Source: Lytechinus pictus (lineage: Eukaryota). Taken from it: DNA of 64,000 bases. The notes under the pieces are model-generated. The model did no database searches, was not told the origin of the DNA, and saw only the letters and a list, made by a program, of their open reading frames with translations. Positions 63,766-64,000 of the stretch are shown one piece after another. The stretch is taken from NCBI RefSeq assembly GCF_037042905.1, contig NC_087245.1, positions 11,410,001 to 11,474,000 of the forward strand. The letters run 5' to 3'. A program made the position numbers and the translations under genes. Within the stretch, counting starts at the first letter, position 1. Each line of letters begins with the position of its first letter.

Positions 63766-64000
63766 AAAAGGAATAATACAACACGATTATGACACAGGAA
63801 AGTTTTACTTTACATATATTGATAGTAACATGACCTTAATTGAACATATCAAAATGCGTATAAAGTTTGAACCATATTTCAGAGATTGCAGTGAAATTAA
63901 AATCATAGTAAATAGATGACAAAAGTACCTGAATCTCATGAAAATTCTTTGGAAAGCATCTCTCATTCAGATGTAACAAAGAAATGTTTGTTTGTATATT

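Noticed and set aside
63629..63919. Asp/Gly-rich 96-aa ORF and the antisense Ile/Thr-rich ORF
   Set aside because: Translation of a (GAT)n/(GGT)n microsatellite; no supporting exon structure.

Overview
Eukaryotic (animal) genomic DNA: AT-rich, spliced genes and a dense load of small transposons. The repeat families look echinoid (sea-urchin-like); this is an inference. Three host genes were assembled by hand from GT-AG boundaries. (1) The last three coding exons of a divergent aquaporin (+, 4380-5875). (2) A 7-coding-exon ARSB-like arylsulfatase (+, 22054-30024, 546 aa) that is intact except that its first coding intron starts CTAAGT instead of GTAAGT. (3) A complete 7-exon exosome subunit EXOSC6/MTR3 gene (-, 47973-40206, 283 aa). 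Mobile DNA: a decayed Ty3/Gypsy LTR element (35000-39315); a 5'-truncated Penelope-like element with an intact GIY-YIG frame, a 12-bp TSD and a variant minimal hammerhead ribozyme, inside EXOSC6 intron 1; a 2.8-kb palindromic Academ-like element; hAT-, Kolobok-, Tc1/mariner- and Harbinger-type non-autonomous elements, often nested; tRNA-derived SINEs; and microsatellites. I see no clearly new multi-gene system. The best leads are the broken splice donor, the hammerhead variant, the atypical aquaporin pore, an unexplained diverged ~130-bp element present twice, and periodic motif arrays inside the transposons. No database searches were run, and superfamily calls rest on termini and TSDs.
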